From the IMG/VR virus record IMGVR_UViG_3300009671_000071: DNA of 14,464 bases; one strand, written 5' to 3'. Of this stretch, positions 5,086 to 14,362 are shown one piece after another. A program made the translations under genes and the position numbers. The DNA is from a virus. Position 1 is the stretch's first letter, and each line of letters opens with the position of its first letter. Below the pieces are notes generated by a model. The model was given only the letters and a program-made list of their open reading frames with translations. It had not been told where the DNA came from and searched no databases.

Positions 5086-5297
5086 TTATCTTCCTTGTTA
5101 GATTGTTCTTCGAGTTCAGCTTGTTGCTGACAGAGCATTTCAAAATCTTTAGGCGGAATACGAGATAATTGCGTAGCTATATTCTGTAAATTACCAAGAA
5201 CGCAGCTTGCCATTGTTCTTTCTTCCAAAGAAGTTGAATTGTTGACTATCAACTCAAGTCGTTTGTTAAAAGCGTTTAATTCTTCTAATGCAATCAT
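5082..5297 (-). CDS. hypothetical protein
   Basis: 71-aa ORF overlapping the lipoprotein start by 4 nt (ATGA). Confidence 0.7.
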   Translation of the reverse strand: MIALEELNAFNKRLELIVNNSTSLEERTMASCVLGNLQNIATQLSRIPPKDFEMLCQQQAELEEQSNKEDK

Positions 5298-5316
5298 GAT
5301 TGTAATATAATAAATG

Positions 5317-5341
5317 ACACCTGCTTTGTAAACAGGTGTCG
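5317..5341 (-). terminator. stem-loop downstream of the Hsp20 gene
   Basis: Perfect 8-bp GACACCTG/CAGGTGTC; weak T tract, may be a processing or stability hairpin. Confidence 0.5.
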
Positions 5342-5367
5342 AATAATAAAATCACAAAATATTCGAA

Positions 5368-5814
5368 TTACTTAATGTCGAATTTGATAAATTCTGGTTC
5401 ATTCTTTTCGACAGCAGGAATCTTAACAGTCAAAAGACCATTAGAAACCTTCGATTCTGCTTCCTTCAAGTTAAGTCTTGCTGGAACAAGAATCTTAGCG
5501 TAAAGTTTGTTTACGCCCTTGATTTTGTGAACAGAATAATCGCGTTTTTCTTCTGCATCCTTTTCTTCGTCAGTAAGTTCTTTTTCAATTGACTTAATGA
5601 TCAAGAACTGCTTATTATCTTCAATAACACCCTGAACATCAATGTCTTCACGAGATTTTCCAACAACTGCAAGTTCTACAGTGCTAGAACCATCTGTTTC
5701 ATGAATGATATTTAGAGGAAGTGTAACTTTTTCTTCGACTTGCTTAATGCCAGAAAGTGCATTAAAGTCATCGATGATACTATTGAAAAAGAGATTTTCA
5801 AATTGCTTAAACAT
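5368..5814 (-). CDS. Hsp20/alpha-crystallin family small heat-shock protein
   Basis: MFKQFENLFFNSIIDDF...PLNIIHETDGSSTVELAVVGKSREDIDV...NGLLTVKIPA, typical alpha-crystallin layout. Confidence 0.88.
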   Translation of the reverse strand: MFKQFENLFFNSIIDDFNALSGIKQVEEKVTLPLNIIHETDGSSTVELAVVGKSREDIDVQGVIEDNKQFLIIKSIEKELTDEEKDAEEKRDYSVHKIKGVNKLYAKILVPARLNLKEAESKVSNGLLTVKIPAVEKNEPEFIKFDIK

Positions 5815-5906
5815 AATTTTACCTTGGACCTAACCGTGTCCATTGTTTCAAATCAAGACTCATACCACGTCCGTGTGTATTTGTCTTTAGTCAGTGAAAC
5901 ATCTGA

Positions 5907-6104
5907 CTAAATTTTATGTTTTTCATGCCATTCGGCTGAATATGTGGGCCAATTATCACGAAACTCTTGTCCATGTTCTTTGATCCACTGCATTACAAAT
6001 TCTTGACCAGGATCTCTTCCGAGTTTTTCACCTAGCAACCACTTAGCTACCTCAATAGCATCTGTTTGTGCTGCCATAAACTCTTTAAATTCTTCCTGGT
6101 TCAT
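5907..6104 (-). CDS. hypothetical protein
   Basis: 65-aa ORF, collinear. Confidence 0.6.
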   Translation of the reverse strand: MNQEEFKEFMAAQTDAIEVAKWLLGEKLGRDPGQEFVMQWIKEHGQEFRDNWPTYSAEWHEKHKI

Positions 6105-6118
6105 ATAGTATTTATAAT

Positions 6119-6412
6119 TTAATTAACTTCTTCTTGTTTATAATAACTCAAATTATGTCTGTTTGTAGTTCTTTCTACAAACCCATATTCTGAAATCATA
6201 GCTTCCTTTGTACATGCAGATAATGGAACTGTGACTGGTTGCATTGCGAAAATGTTCTTTTTACTATAAATAGTGACCATGTCGTTTGCATAATCATACG
6301 TAATAGTTGAACCGTCTTTGAACTTACATTCAACCATATTCCATGATTGAATGTTATCAAGAACACCTTCAATGTTTCTAAAACGCCATAGCATAAATTT
6401 GTCTAAACTCAT
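6119..6412 (-). CDS. hypothetical protein
   Basis: 97-aa ORF, collinear. Confidence 0.65.
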   Translation of the reverse strand: MSLDKFMLWRFRNIEGVLDNIQSWNMVECKFKDGSTITYDYANDMVTIYSKKNIFAMQPVTVPLSACTKEAMISEYGFVERTTNRHNLSYYKQEEVN

Positions 6413-6507
6413 GTTACTTAAATCCTATTTTAATTTTGAATTTACATCAGTAATATCAAGAACTTCCTTTGGCAATAATGACTTTACAAATTCGTACATA
6501 GAACCTC

Positions 6508-7491
6508 TTATGGACAATACAACAAAGTTGGATTATCTTTATGTATCTCGAAACATTTCATATAAATGCCATGAGTAAGACAGTAATTATGCCAATCTTG
6601 TCGAATTTGCGGAAGATATTTTGTATCACATACGTGAACAATAGTCTTATTCTTATCTTCAGTTGTAATAATTACACTTTCACTGCAAGTACGTTGACAA
6701 ACTTGAGAAAACTCATTGATATGCTTTAAGTACATATCAGTCAAACTAAAATGTACACGATAGTTAAGATGACCATTTTCCATGTTACTCAATGCATGTT
6801 GAGGAAGCGGTGCAGTAATTTGCTTTTCCTTAGCAAACGCATCCCATTTCTGTTTGAAGTCTGCAGTATTAAAAGGCTTACAGACAATATGAATACCATG
6901 TTTAGTTGGAACAGTAAAGAATTCTCTGTTTTGATAATATTCTAATGCATCTTCATGTATTTTGTTCAAAGGTACAAGTATGAACCATTTAACATTAGAT
7001 GCATGAGGTTCACATGAACAAATCATGTCTTTAATGTTCTTCGTGTATGGAACGTATTCTTCATCTAAGTCACAAATCCAAGTCTTGTCTTTACCTGCAG
7101 CATTTGCAGTACCTGCTGCACTTGCAATAATAGTAAATGGACTACTAAATGTCTGACCAGAACATGCCTGTTCCATAATGTGTTTTGCAGTATTGAACGC
7201 CATCTGCTGATAATTACGTTTATTCAAACGAATATAAGCTCTAACGTTGAATGTATCGCACATCTTCTTAATTTCATCACGCTTTCTATCAAAATATTCA
7301 ATAGAAGGAATGAAATAGTCCTTAATAGAACGAGAATGCATGTTTCCATGATAGTTTGGATCAGGAACGCCATTCGTCATTGGATCGTCAGATTGACGAC
7401 GAAGTAATTGCACGTAATAACAATCTCCGTCTTTCCAATCTAATTGCTTAGTAAGTATCCAATCTCTGATTAAATCAAAATTATCTACCAT
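6508..7491 (-). CDS. conserved-looking phage protein, possible divergent primase-polymerase-like (AEP) fold
   Basis: 327 aa; TWICDLDEEY acidic motif followed by VKWFILVP and TKHGIHIVCKPFN. Confidence 0.5.
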   Translation of the reverse strand: MVDNFDLIRDWILTKQLDWKDGDCYYVQLLRRQSDDPMTNGVPDPNYHGNMHSRSIKDYFIPSIEYFDRKRDEIKKMCDTFNVRAYIRLNKRNYQQMAFNTAKHIMEQACSGQTFSSPFTIIASAAGTANAAGKDKTWICDLDEEYVPYTKNIKDMICSCEPHASNVKWFILVPLNKIHEDALEYYQNREFFTVPTKHGIHIVCKPFNTADFKQKWDAFAKEKQITAPLPQHALSNMENGHLNYRVHFSLTDMYLKHINEFSQVCQRTCSESVIITTEDKNKTIVHVCDTKYLPQIRQDWHNYCLTHGIYMKCFEIHKDNPTLLYCP

Positions 7492-7781
7492 TGCCTGTAC
7501 TCCATTGTTAAATTTTTTTCTTTAATTTTGCTACCTACGATTTCTAAGTCAGATTGATGTGCTGCATATTCATCATAACCACCGTGATAGCCATGTCAAA
7601 ACGCTGGACCTTTTACTTAATTACCATTTTCATCTTGATGTTCGTCACTATCTGTAAATGGATGAGACCAAATAGCAAAACCTACATGATGGTTTATAGA
7701 TGGATCATCTTTCCAGAGTTTATCTGTAATATAATCCCAAATTTTATCAGCAATGTTATCTAAAAAGTTCAGCAATTTCAT
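7485..7781 (-). pseudogene. 98-codon frame with in-frame TAA and TGA; first 54 aa form an intact ORF (7617-7781)
   Basis: MKLLNFLDNIADKIWDYITDKLWKDDPSINHHVGFAIWSHPFTDSDEHQDENGN*VKGPAF*HGYHGGYDEYAAHQSDLEIVGSKIKEKNLTMEYRQW*; last stop overlaps the next gene start. Confidence 0.5.
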
Positions 7782-7782
7782 A

Positions 7783-8316
7783 TTAGTAATCGATATTTTC
7801 TGTGTAACCGTTTAATAGTTTAGTTCTGACTTCATCAAGAACTTTACCAAGCCAGTTTGTACCTTTCCACTGCGATTCATCATCTGCGCGTGAATCAGCT
7901 TCGCCAAGTTTAATTCCCCAAATGCCATCATAAGGAGATGCTTCAACGAACTTCTTTCCTTCAAGTTCAGGAGCAGTAATCTTGTCAAACAAGATTTTGT
8001 TCTGACTGTACTTAGCCAAACAAGCCTTGAGCATTACATCGTAAGAAACCTTACTCCATTCTGCTGCATCAAAACCCATAACTTGTCTTCCAAGTTTCTT
8101 TGCTCTGTGAGAATCTGCTTCTTTAAAGTTCAAATCAAGAATTTTCTGCATGATGTCGTAGTCTTTAAAATGATATGCTTTATGCCACATAAAGCATTGT
8201 TCAGAACTAAAGAACTTACGTTTTACGCCATCAGCGCATGTAACTTCCATAGGTGCCCAAGCAAAATTACTTGGCCAATCACCCCAAAATAATATATGTT
8301 TTTCAGTTATCGTCAT
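7783..8316 (-). CDS. NADAR (YbiA-like) domain protein
   Basis: FFSSEQCFMWHKAYHF...DYDIMQKIL...KKLGRQVMGFDAAEWSKVSYDVM...FVEASPYDGIWGIKLG...WKGTNWLGKVLDEVR. Confidence 0.9.
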   Translation of the reverse strand: MTITEKHILFWGDWPSNFAWAPMEVTCADGVKRKFFSSEQCFMWHKAYHFKDYDIMQKILDLNFKEADSHRAKKLGRQVMGFDAAEWSKVSYDVMLKACLAKYSQNKILFDKITAPELEGKKFVEASPYDGIWGIKLGEADSRADDESQWKGTNWLGKVLDEVRTKLLNGYTENIDY

Positions 8317-8488
8317 GTTCGTTTACCACGTTAATGTTATCTAAAATTGTTTTATAATCTTTTTCTGTAATAGAATACCAAGAGTCATCTTGCAGTCTAA
8401 TACCTGTATGTTCAGGAGTTATTGTCTTTAAATAACGCAAGTTTATTAGCATTCCATTTGAAAGTATAATAAAATTTTCTAACTTCAT
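8303..8488 (-). CDS. hypothetical protein (start MKLENFIILSNG; upstream part of the tracked ORF lies in tRNA-Gly)
   Basis: Internal ATG at 8488 is more plausible than 8569. Confidence 0.65.
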   Translation of the reverse strand: MKLENFIILSNGMLINLRYLKTITPEHTGIRLQDDSWYSITEKDYKTILDNINVVNEHDDN

Positions 8489-8511
8489 AAACAGTTTCTC
8501 ACAAAAAATTA

Positions 8512-8583
8512 AGCGCCACACCGGATTCGAACCGGCGCCTGAAACATCGGAAGGGTTCTGTGCTACCACTACACCAATGGCGC
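8512..8583 (-). tRNA. tRNA-Gly(TCC)
   Basis: Acceptor GCGCCAT/GTGGCGC, loop CTTCCGA, T loop TTCGAAT, TGGTGTAGTGGTAGCA D arm. Confidence 0.88.
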
Positions 8584-8593
8584 GAAAAAAGCA

Positions 8594-10084
8594 CTACACT
8601 TTCAAAGTGCGTGCTTTATAGAACACCTTAAGCTTGTCCAATTCTCTAAGTACAACTTTCGAGATATCTGCCAAGTCAGCATTCAAACTAGCTGTCTTCT
8701 TCTGACATTCGACCAATTCTTTCTGAAGCTTATTCAAATCAAGCTTTCTAATAGAAGTAAGCTTTTGGTCCATCAAATATTCTGCTAATTCCTTTGCAAG
8801 CTTTGCATTTGTAGTGTGTAAAGTCTTGAGATAAGGAAGATTAGTCACAATATAGTTGACCGTATTATTATCTTCAAGAGCATCTTTAATGACAGAAAGA
8901 TTCTGTACTGCAGATTCCTTTGTCTTCAAACGATATTCTTTATCGATAGTAAGTTCAAGCTCACGCTTAGTCATCTTAGTTTCAATTTCTTTACGCCATT
9001 CAATCCAACTAGTCATAAGTTCGAGCATATTCGGAACAAGAATATCTACTTGAACATCTTTATCGAGTGTAGTCGACTTATTACGTTGAATTGCGTAAAA
9101 ACGATAATTACAAGTCTTAATTAGCAACTTATGAATTTTCGATTCAAAGAAATCCTTATTCTTAATCAAGACTTCTAACTTCACCTTTTCAGACTTGTTA
9201 GCACAATCATTAACATAAACAATGTCACCAGTCTTTACAAATTCAAGCATCTTATTGATGAACGATTCTGGTGCAAAGTTTGGACAATAACCAGTAATAG
9301 TGAGTAACAACTTATTTCCTTCAGGAACTAGAGTGTATTCACATTCATACTTTAAAGAGCCTTCACCATTCTTATATAGTTCTGCAATTTCTGCAGTTGT
9401 TGAAAGAAGTTTGCCACCATAAGCATAGTCAGGACCTTTGATGTATTTCAAAAGATCGTTAACTGTTGCAGCTGGACCCTTTTTGATAATCATCTTGAAT
9501 GCTTCTACAATTTCTTCAAGATTATGAGCCGGAATATCGCACTTTAAACCAACTGCAATACCTGCACAATCTTTAACAAAGAAATTCGGGAATCTAGATG
9601 GGATTACAACAGGTTCCATCAAGTCACCACCATAGTTTGGAACTAAATCTGCGACCGGCATACATTCAAGACACTTCATACCAATTTCTGAAATTCTTGC
9701 TTCTGTATAACGTTCTGCAGCAGGACCATTATTGATGTCACCAAAGTTACCTTGTCCTTGAAGAACTGGATAGTCAGAATTTACAAGATTTACAAGCGAA
9801 CCATAAGCTGAACTATGCGGGTGATATTTACCCATACAGTCACCGGTAATTCTTGCAGATTTAACAGTCTTTGAATCTGGATATGCCTTTAAATCTCTTG
9901 CAGTCCAAAGAATTCTACGTTGTGCCGGTTTAAATCCATCTCTAAAGTCTGCCAATACACGATCTTCAAGAATGTCAATACCATAATCATAGATGTTCTT
10001 ACTCAAAAGATCATTGATATTAACATTAGAAATCTGTTCTACAATTTCTTCTTCTACTTTCTTCTTTACCATACTAGTCCTCAA
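8594..10084 (-). CDS. type II DNA topoisomerase, GyrA/ParC-like (T4 gp52-type) subunit
   Basis: DFRDGFKPAQRRILW, YHPHSSAYGSLVNLVN, AAERYTEARIS (catalytic Tyr), IPSRFPNFFVKDCAGIAVG. Confidence 0.95.
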   Translation of the reverse strand: MRTSMVKKKVEEEIVEQISNVNINDLLSKNIYDYGIDILEDRVLADFRDGFKPAQRRILWTARDLKAYPDSKTVKSARITGDCMGKYHPHSSAYGSLVNLVNSDYPVLQGQGNFGDINNGPAAERYTEARISEIGMKCLECMPVADLVPNYGGDLMEPVVIPSRFPNFFVKDCAGIAVGLKCDIPAHNLEEIVEAFKMIIKKGPAATVNDLLKYIKGPDYAYGGKLLSTTAEIAELYKNGEGSLKYECEYTLVPEGNKLLLTITGYCPNFAPESFINKMLEFVKTGDIVYVNDCANKSEKVKLEVLIKNKDFFESKIHKLLIKTCNYRFYAIQRNKSTTLDKDVQVDILVPNMLELMTSWIEWRKEIETKMTKRELELTIDKEYRLKTKESAVQNLSVIKDALEDNNTVNYIVTNLPYLKTLHTTNAKLAKELAEYLMDQKLTSIRKLDLNKLQKELVECQKKTASLNADLADISKVVLRELDKLKVFYKARTLKV

Positions 10085-11969
10085 TACCCAAGAGTTGCTT
10101 ACGATATTTTACATCGTCACCCATTGTTTTATTAAGCATATCTTCAGTGTCATCAGTCCATTGAATTTGTTTAAGCTTTCTAGTTTTCTTATCAAGACAA
10201 AGTTCTGACAACTGTTCAGCTGTACATTCTCCCCATCCCTTAAGACGTAGAATATCGTAATCTTTAATGCCAAGCGCTTTCATCTTTGTATCAACTTCAG
10301 CTCTAGTCATACCAAACTGTTTACTCTTTGCGCTATTTCCAATAAACAAAGGTGCATCAACTACATATACATGTCCATTCTTAATCAAATCTGGCATGTA
10401 AGTAACGAAGAATGAAAGCAACAGGTTTGCTATGTGCTGTCCATCAACATCAGCATCTGATAGAATAATTACCTTGCCAAAACGAAGTTTACTTTCGTCA
10501 TAATCATCTTGCAATCCACATCCAAGTGCACTAATGATTGAACGAATTTCTTTATTTCCTTCATCCTTAGTCGCCTTTGAACCAAACAATGATTCTGCAC
10601 TAGCCTTAGCTGCATTGATAATTTTACCACGAATTTTCAATGATGCCTGGAAAGAATCACGAGCTCTATTGAAGTGACCACCTGCGGAATCACCTTCCAC
10701 AATGAACATTTCAAGGTCTTTTGGATCTTTATGCTTTCTTCTATCTGCATCCAAGAACTTATCAGAGATAAATCTTGCACCTGTATTCAATTGAGAAATT
10801 CCCTTTAACAATGCCTTAGATGCTTTCATCTTTTGCTTTTCAGCTAGCATCTTTTCTGCATACTGAACAATGTTATTGAGAATTGTTTTATTCTTCTTAA
10901 ACCACTTTGTTAGAGCAGGTGTAACTGCAGCAATAACTTGAGTTTCAACAATTGAGTTGGTCAATTCATTCTTAGTCTGACCTTGATACTGTGGTTCTGC
11001 AACCTTACAATGAATTGCACCAACCATGCCTTCAAGAATATCTTCATTCAAAATCTTTTCTTTTGAATTGTGCTTTACGATATCGAGAATAGTCTTCTTG
11101 AAACCATTAAGGTGTGTACCACCCAAGTTCGTATAACATACATTGACGTAAGACTTAAAGTCATAACCTTCATTCTTTGTGAAGTTCAATGCAACATCAA
11201 TGTCATTATTTGAGAATGTAAAAATGTTTTCAGTTGTATCTTTAGATCTTGAAACAAGTTCACTCAAACCTTTTTCAGAATAGAACTCTTGTTCTGTTCC
11301 ATCTATAATCAACTTGATATTCAACTTTGGACAGAGATACATGATGTCATGCAATTCTCGCTTAAGTCTATTAACATTCAATTTAATACTGTCAATGAAG
11401 ATTTCACCATCAGGAAGCCATGTTACAATTGTACCAGTCTTCTTAATGTATTGCTTAAATTCTTCAGGAAGCTTTGTCTTTTCAACTTCAGAAGTTGGAT
11501 TACCCTTTGCAAATGTCTGAGTATACCACTTTCTATCTTCACTGTTATTAGACCAAACTTGCAGCATGGTACTCAATGCGTTAACTGCACTTGCGCCAAC
11601 ACCATTTTTACCAGAAGAAGTCTTATAAGCATCATGGTCAAACTTACCACCTGCATGAATTTCAGTAACAACTGCTGTCAAAGAATTCATACCTGCTGTA
11701 CTATTCCAACCAACCGGAATGCCACGACCATTATCAATCATAGTAGTTTGATGAGTCTTTGAATCGTACATGATTACAATGTTATAATTACAACCTGCCA
11801 AGTATTCATCAATACTATTATCAAGAATTTCTCTACAAAGTCGATAAAGTCCATCACTAGGATTACCACTAGGCGAACCAATGTACATATCGGGCCTGTG
11901 TCGTACATTTTCTGGAAATTTTAAACACTGTATCGAATTACTATTATACTCTGTATTAGTTGTTACCAT
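10074..11969 (-). CDS. type II DNA topoisomerase, GyrB/ParE-like (T4 gp39/gp60-type) subunit
   Basis: GHKL motifs REILDNSIDEY, TMIDNGRGIPVG, GKNGVGASAVNALS; TOPRIM EGDSAGG and LSDADVDGQHIANLLL. Confidence 0.95.
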   Translation of the reverse strand: MVTTNTEYNSNSIQCLKFPENVRHRPDMYIGSPSGNPSDGLYRLCREILDNSIDEYLAGCNYNIVIMYDSKTHQTTMIDNGRGIPVGWNSTAGMNSLTAVVTEIHAGGKFDHDAYKTSSGKNGVGASAVNALSTMLQVWSNNSEDRKWYTQTFAKGNPTSEVEKTKLPEEFKQYIKKTGTIVTWLPDGEIFIDSIKLNVNRLKRELHDIMYLCPKLNIKLIIDGTEQEFYSEKGLSELVSRSKDTTENIFTFSNNDIDVALNFTKNEGYDFKSYVNVCYTNLGGTHLNGFKKTILDIVKHNSKEKILNEDILEGMVGAIHCKVAEPQYQGQTKNELTNSIVETQVIAAVTPALTKWFKKNKTILNNIVQYAEKMLAEKQKMKASKALLKGISQLNTGARFISDKFLDADRRKHKDPKDLEMFIVEGDSAGGHFNRARDSFQASLKIRGKIINAAKASAESLFGSKATKDEGNKEIRSIISALGCGLQDDYDESKLRFGKVIILSDADVDGQHIANLLLSFFVTYMPDLIKNGHVYVVDAPLFIGNSAKSKQFGMTRAEVDTKMKALGIKDYDILRLKGWGECTAEQLSELCLDKKTRKLKQIQWTDDTEDMLNKTMGDDVKYRKQLLGIED

Positions 11970-12027
11970 TTAATTTTTCCTGTATTTTTTCTATAGATAA
12001 TTATAATAAAGTTTTTAAAAGTGTTCA

Positions 12028-12354
12028 CTAGCTTTCGAGAAAAATTGCTTTTATTTGCGTGTTCTCAGCGTACTCGAGTAATTTATTAATGTCAGCTTGT
12101 TCAAATTCATAAGCATCGCTAGAACGTGAGTCAAGATATTGTCTAATAACACTTAAAATTGTAGTAATACAATCGTATTTGCCATCATACATGTCTTCTT
12201 TTATCCAATAGACAAAATCATCAGGTCCATCATACCATACATCAATCAATGTGTGAGAATTTAAATCACCTACACGCATATCATCGATTTGATGTTCGAT
12301 TTCGTTAAATCTAGGATCGCAAGTAAAAACACTACATGGAAATTCAACGACCAT
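12028..12354 (-). CDS. hypothetical protein
   Basis: 108-aa acidic ORF. Confidence 0.7.
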   Translation of the reverse strand: MVVEFPCSVFTCDPRFNEIEHQIDDMRVGDLNSHTLIDVWYDGPDDFVYWIKEDMYDGKYDCITTILSVIRQYLDSRSSDAYEFEQADINKLLEYAENTQIKAIFLES

Positions 12355-12700
12355 GATGAATACTTCCTGCTCCAGTTTCTACATCACCAAAAACAACACC
12401 TATAACTTCGATGTCACCTGCTCCAGTTTCTACATTGCCAGAAACATTACCTTCGATAACAATGTCACCTGCGCCTGTTTTAGCAGAGCCAACATTACCA
12501 TGAACTTTGATATCACCAGTAGTGTTAATCTTTTCAACATTACCTGTGACATTAATGTAAATATTTACTGCTTCTTCTACAACATTTCCATCAACTCTAA
12601 CTTTATTACCGTTAATCGTAATATTACGACCTACATAAGTCTTGCCATTGATAGTAACAGAAGAATTAGAGCTAAGTCCAAAAATACCTGAATTGTTCAT
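12344..12700 (-). CDS. repeat protein, probable beta-helix-like (bactofilin/DUF4097-like pattern)
   Basis: GDIKVHGNVGSAKTGAGDIVIEGNVSGNVETGAGDIEVIGVVFGDVETGAGSI. Confidence 0.8.
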   Translation of the reverse strand: MNNSGIFGLSSNSSVTINGKTYVGRNITINGNKVRVDGNVVEEAVNIYINVTGNVEKINTTGDIKVHGNVGSAKTGAGDIVIEGNVSGNVETGAGDIEVIGVVFGDVETGAGSIHHGR

Positions 12701-12773
12701 TACTTTACCTTCTTTAATGCCTTTTAAACCACGAATCTGTAACAGAATTCCACTTCATAGTCCACTTCATTTT

Positions 12774-13133
12774 TTACTCCCAAATTTCATTCATGTTAAT
12801 TGCAGTTTGACTAATGACGTTATCACGAGCAAAGATAACTTCAAAGTCAGAAATTTTACGTTCATCTTTAACATCAAACTCATAAACGCCATAACCGAGT
12901 TGAATGAGTTCAATAACATCTTGCTTGCTAAACCAGCGCTTTAAAGTTTCCTTAGAAGGAGCAGCAGAAAACCAACTCTTTCCGTCAGCTTTATAGATTT
13001 CTGGTGCGTGTGGCATCAGCAAACTACGGCAAAGTCCTTCAGACAATTTGTTGAATACTGGATTGAGATTACCTTCGAAATCACGCCAAATACCTTCACC
13101 TTTGCTCAAATTTTCAACTCTGTAAACTAACAT
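12774..13133 (-). CDS. hypothetical protein (start MLVYRVENLSKGEG)
   Basis: Internal ATG at 13133 with upstream AAAGGAAAAA; the tracked ORF start at 13262 overlaps the next gene. Confidence 0.75.
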   Translation of the reverse strand: MLVYRVENLSKGEGIWRDFEGNLNPVFNKLSEGLCRSLLMPHAPEIYKADGKSWFSAAPSKETLKRWFSKQDVIELIQLGYGVYEFDVKDERKISDFEVIFARDNVISQTAINMNEIWE

Positions 13134-13134
13134 T

Positions 13135-13854
13135 TTATTTTTCCTTTGCTTTTCTGAATGATGTCTTTTTATCAAAACCGTATGCTTGTAAACGAGTAAT
13201 ATCATCGCCAACAGGTACTTCGACTTCATCTGGTCTTGCTTGAACATCATACCAATGTTCAAGCGTATTCAAAGCAGTATACGGATCAACCACTTTAGAA
13301 AATCCAAGTTCTTTTAAATTTGGAAATTTTTCGATCTCAATGCATCCGTCTTCAGTTCTTCTATAAAAGCTATAGTCGAGACGACTTAAATCCATGTCAC
13401 GACAATACATGATTGGACCGTATTTTTCAAATATGTCTTTTGTAAAAAATTCGTCGTTATTCAAATCACGTCTATCATTTGACAAATCATGATACTTGTT
13501 CGTGAATGAAAACATCGAATTCTTCTTTTCATTTTCGATGATTTCATCAAATGTTACATAACGTCTTTCTGAATTAGTATAACCGTTTTTGTCTTTTACT
13601 TCAACCCAAACAAAGTAATACCACTTACCACAAAAGCCAACACAATGTATCATGTTGGCTCCATAAACTGATTGCTTATGATAGCTCCATGAATAGTCAT
13701 ACATTTTCAAATTTTTCAAAATCGAATTAGGAAATTCGTTGAAAATGTTAACTTTGACTTTTTCATTTTTACGATTGATAGTTACATCTGAATCGACAAA
13801 ACTACCAATCGCGCAATCATAATAATCAGAAAAATTTGAATTGATTTTTAACAT
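13135..13854 (-). CDS. hypothetical phage protein
   Basis: 239-aa ORF. Confidence 0.8.
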   Translation of the reverse strand: MLKINSNFSDYYDCAIGSFVDSDVTINRKNEKVKVNIFNEFPNSILKNLKMYDYSWSYHKQSVYGANMIHCVGFCGKWYYFVWVEVKDKNGYTNSERRYVTFDEIIENEKKNSMFSFTNKYHDLSNDRRDLNNDEFFTKDIFEKYGPIMYCRDMDLSRLDYSFYRRTEDGCIEIEKFPNLKELGFSKVVDPYTALNTLEHWYDVQARPDEVEVPVGDDITRLQAYGFDKKTSFRKAKEK

Positions 13855-13894
13855 ATTAAAAGTATAATAAATTGAAAATCAATTGTTCACTATT

Positions 13895-14362
13895 TTAACA
13901 ACATGCTTCCCAAGAAGCTACTAACATCTTGCTGCCAGCTAATTCAATTTCCTTAGCATGACTTACGCAATATTCGTTTTGTTCTTCATGACAACAACTA
14001 CACATGAAATCTTCGATCTTACTAAATTCAGTATCTTCGATATTGTACTTTTCAGCAAGTTCTTCATAGTTACAACGCCATAGTGAGTCATTTTTGGCTA
14101 AGCTTTCAAGAATATTCTTCCAAAGTTCTTCGACGAATTCATTTTTCTTTTCATCGCTATCACCCAGAATTTCTTTCATCTTCTGCTTATACTTCACATA
14201 ATCAACGACTTCAGCAATATTTGCTTCAGCATCGGACTTAGAATGTGCATAGATGATTGCCTTTCTGTCAAGAACCCATTTCTGTTCAGCTGAAGAAAAA
14301 ATAGTAATAACGTGACAAGAAGAAGAATTCGTTTCAAATACTCCATTTCTGACTGTAATCAT
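13895..14362 (-). CDS. conserved hypothetical with N-terminal VRNGVFETNSSSCHVI motif
   Basis: 155-aa ORF; resembles the RxGVFETNSSSxH motif seen in many phage and bacterial hypotheticals. Confidence 0.8.
   Translation of the reverse strand: MITVRNGVFETNSSSCHVITIFSSAEQKWVLDRKAIIYAHSKSDAEANIAEVVDYVKYKQKMKEILGDSDEKKNEFVEELWKNILESLAKNDSLWRCNYEELAEKYNIEDTEFSKIEDFMCSCCHEEQNEYCVSHAKEIELAGSKMLVASWEACC

Noticed and set aside
6109-6116. Second TATAAATA as a late promoter
   Set aside because: It sits only a few bases upstream of an ATG, too close for a normal late promoter and leader, and the sequence is very AT-rich.
7596-7598. Genetic code change (TGA as Trp) to explain the internal stop
   Set aside because: Large genes in the window read with the standard code and no suppressor tRNA was seen; a single case is insufficient.
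10000-12700. Plus-strand ORFs 9993..10208, 11289..11762, 11314..11520 and 12353..12691 as real genes
   Set aside because: They lie opposite strong minus-strand genes (topoisomerase subunits, repeat protein) and look like antisense shadow ORFs.
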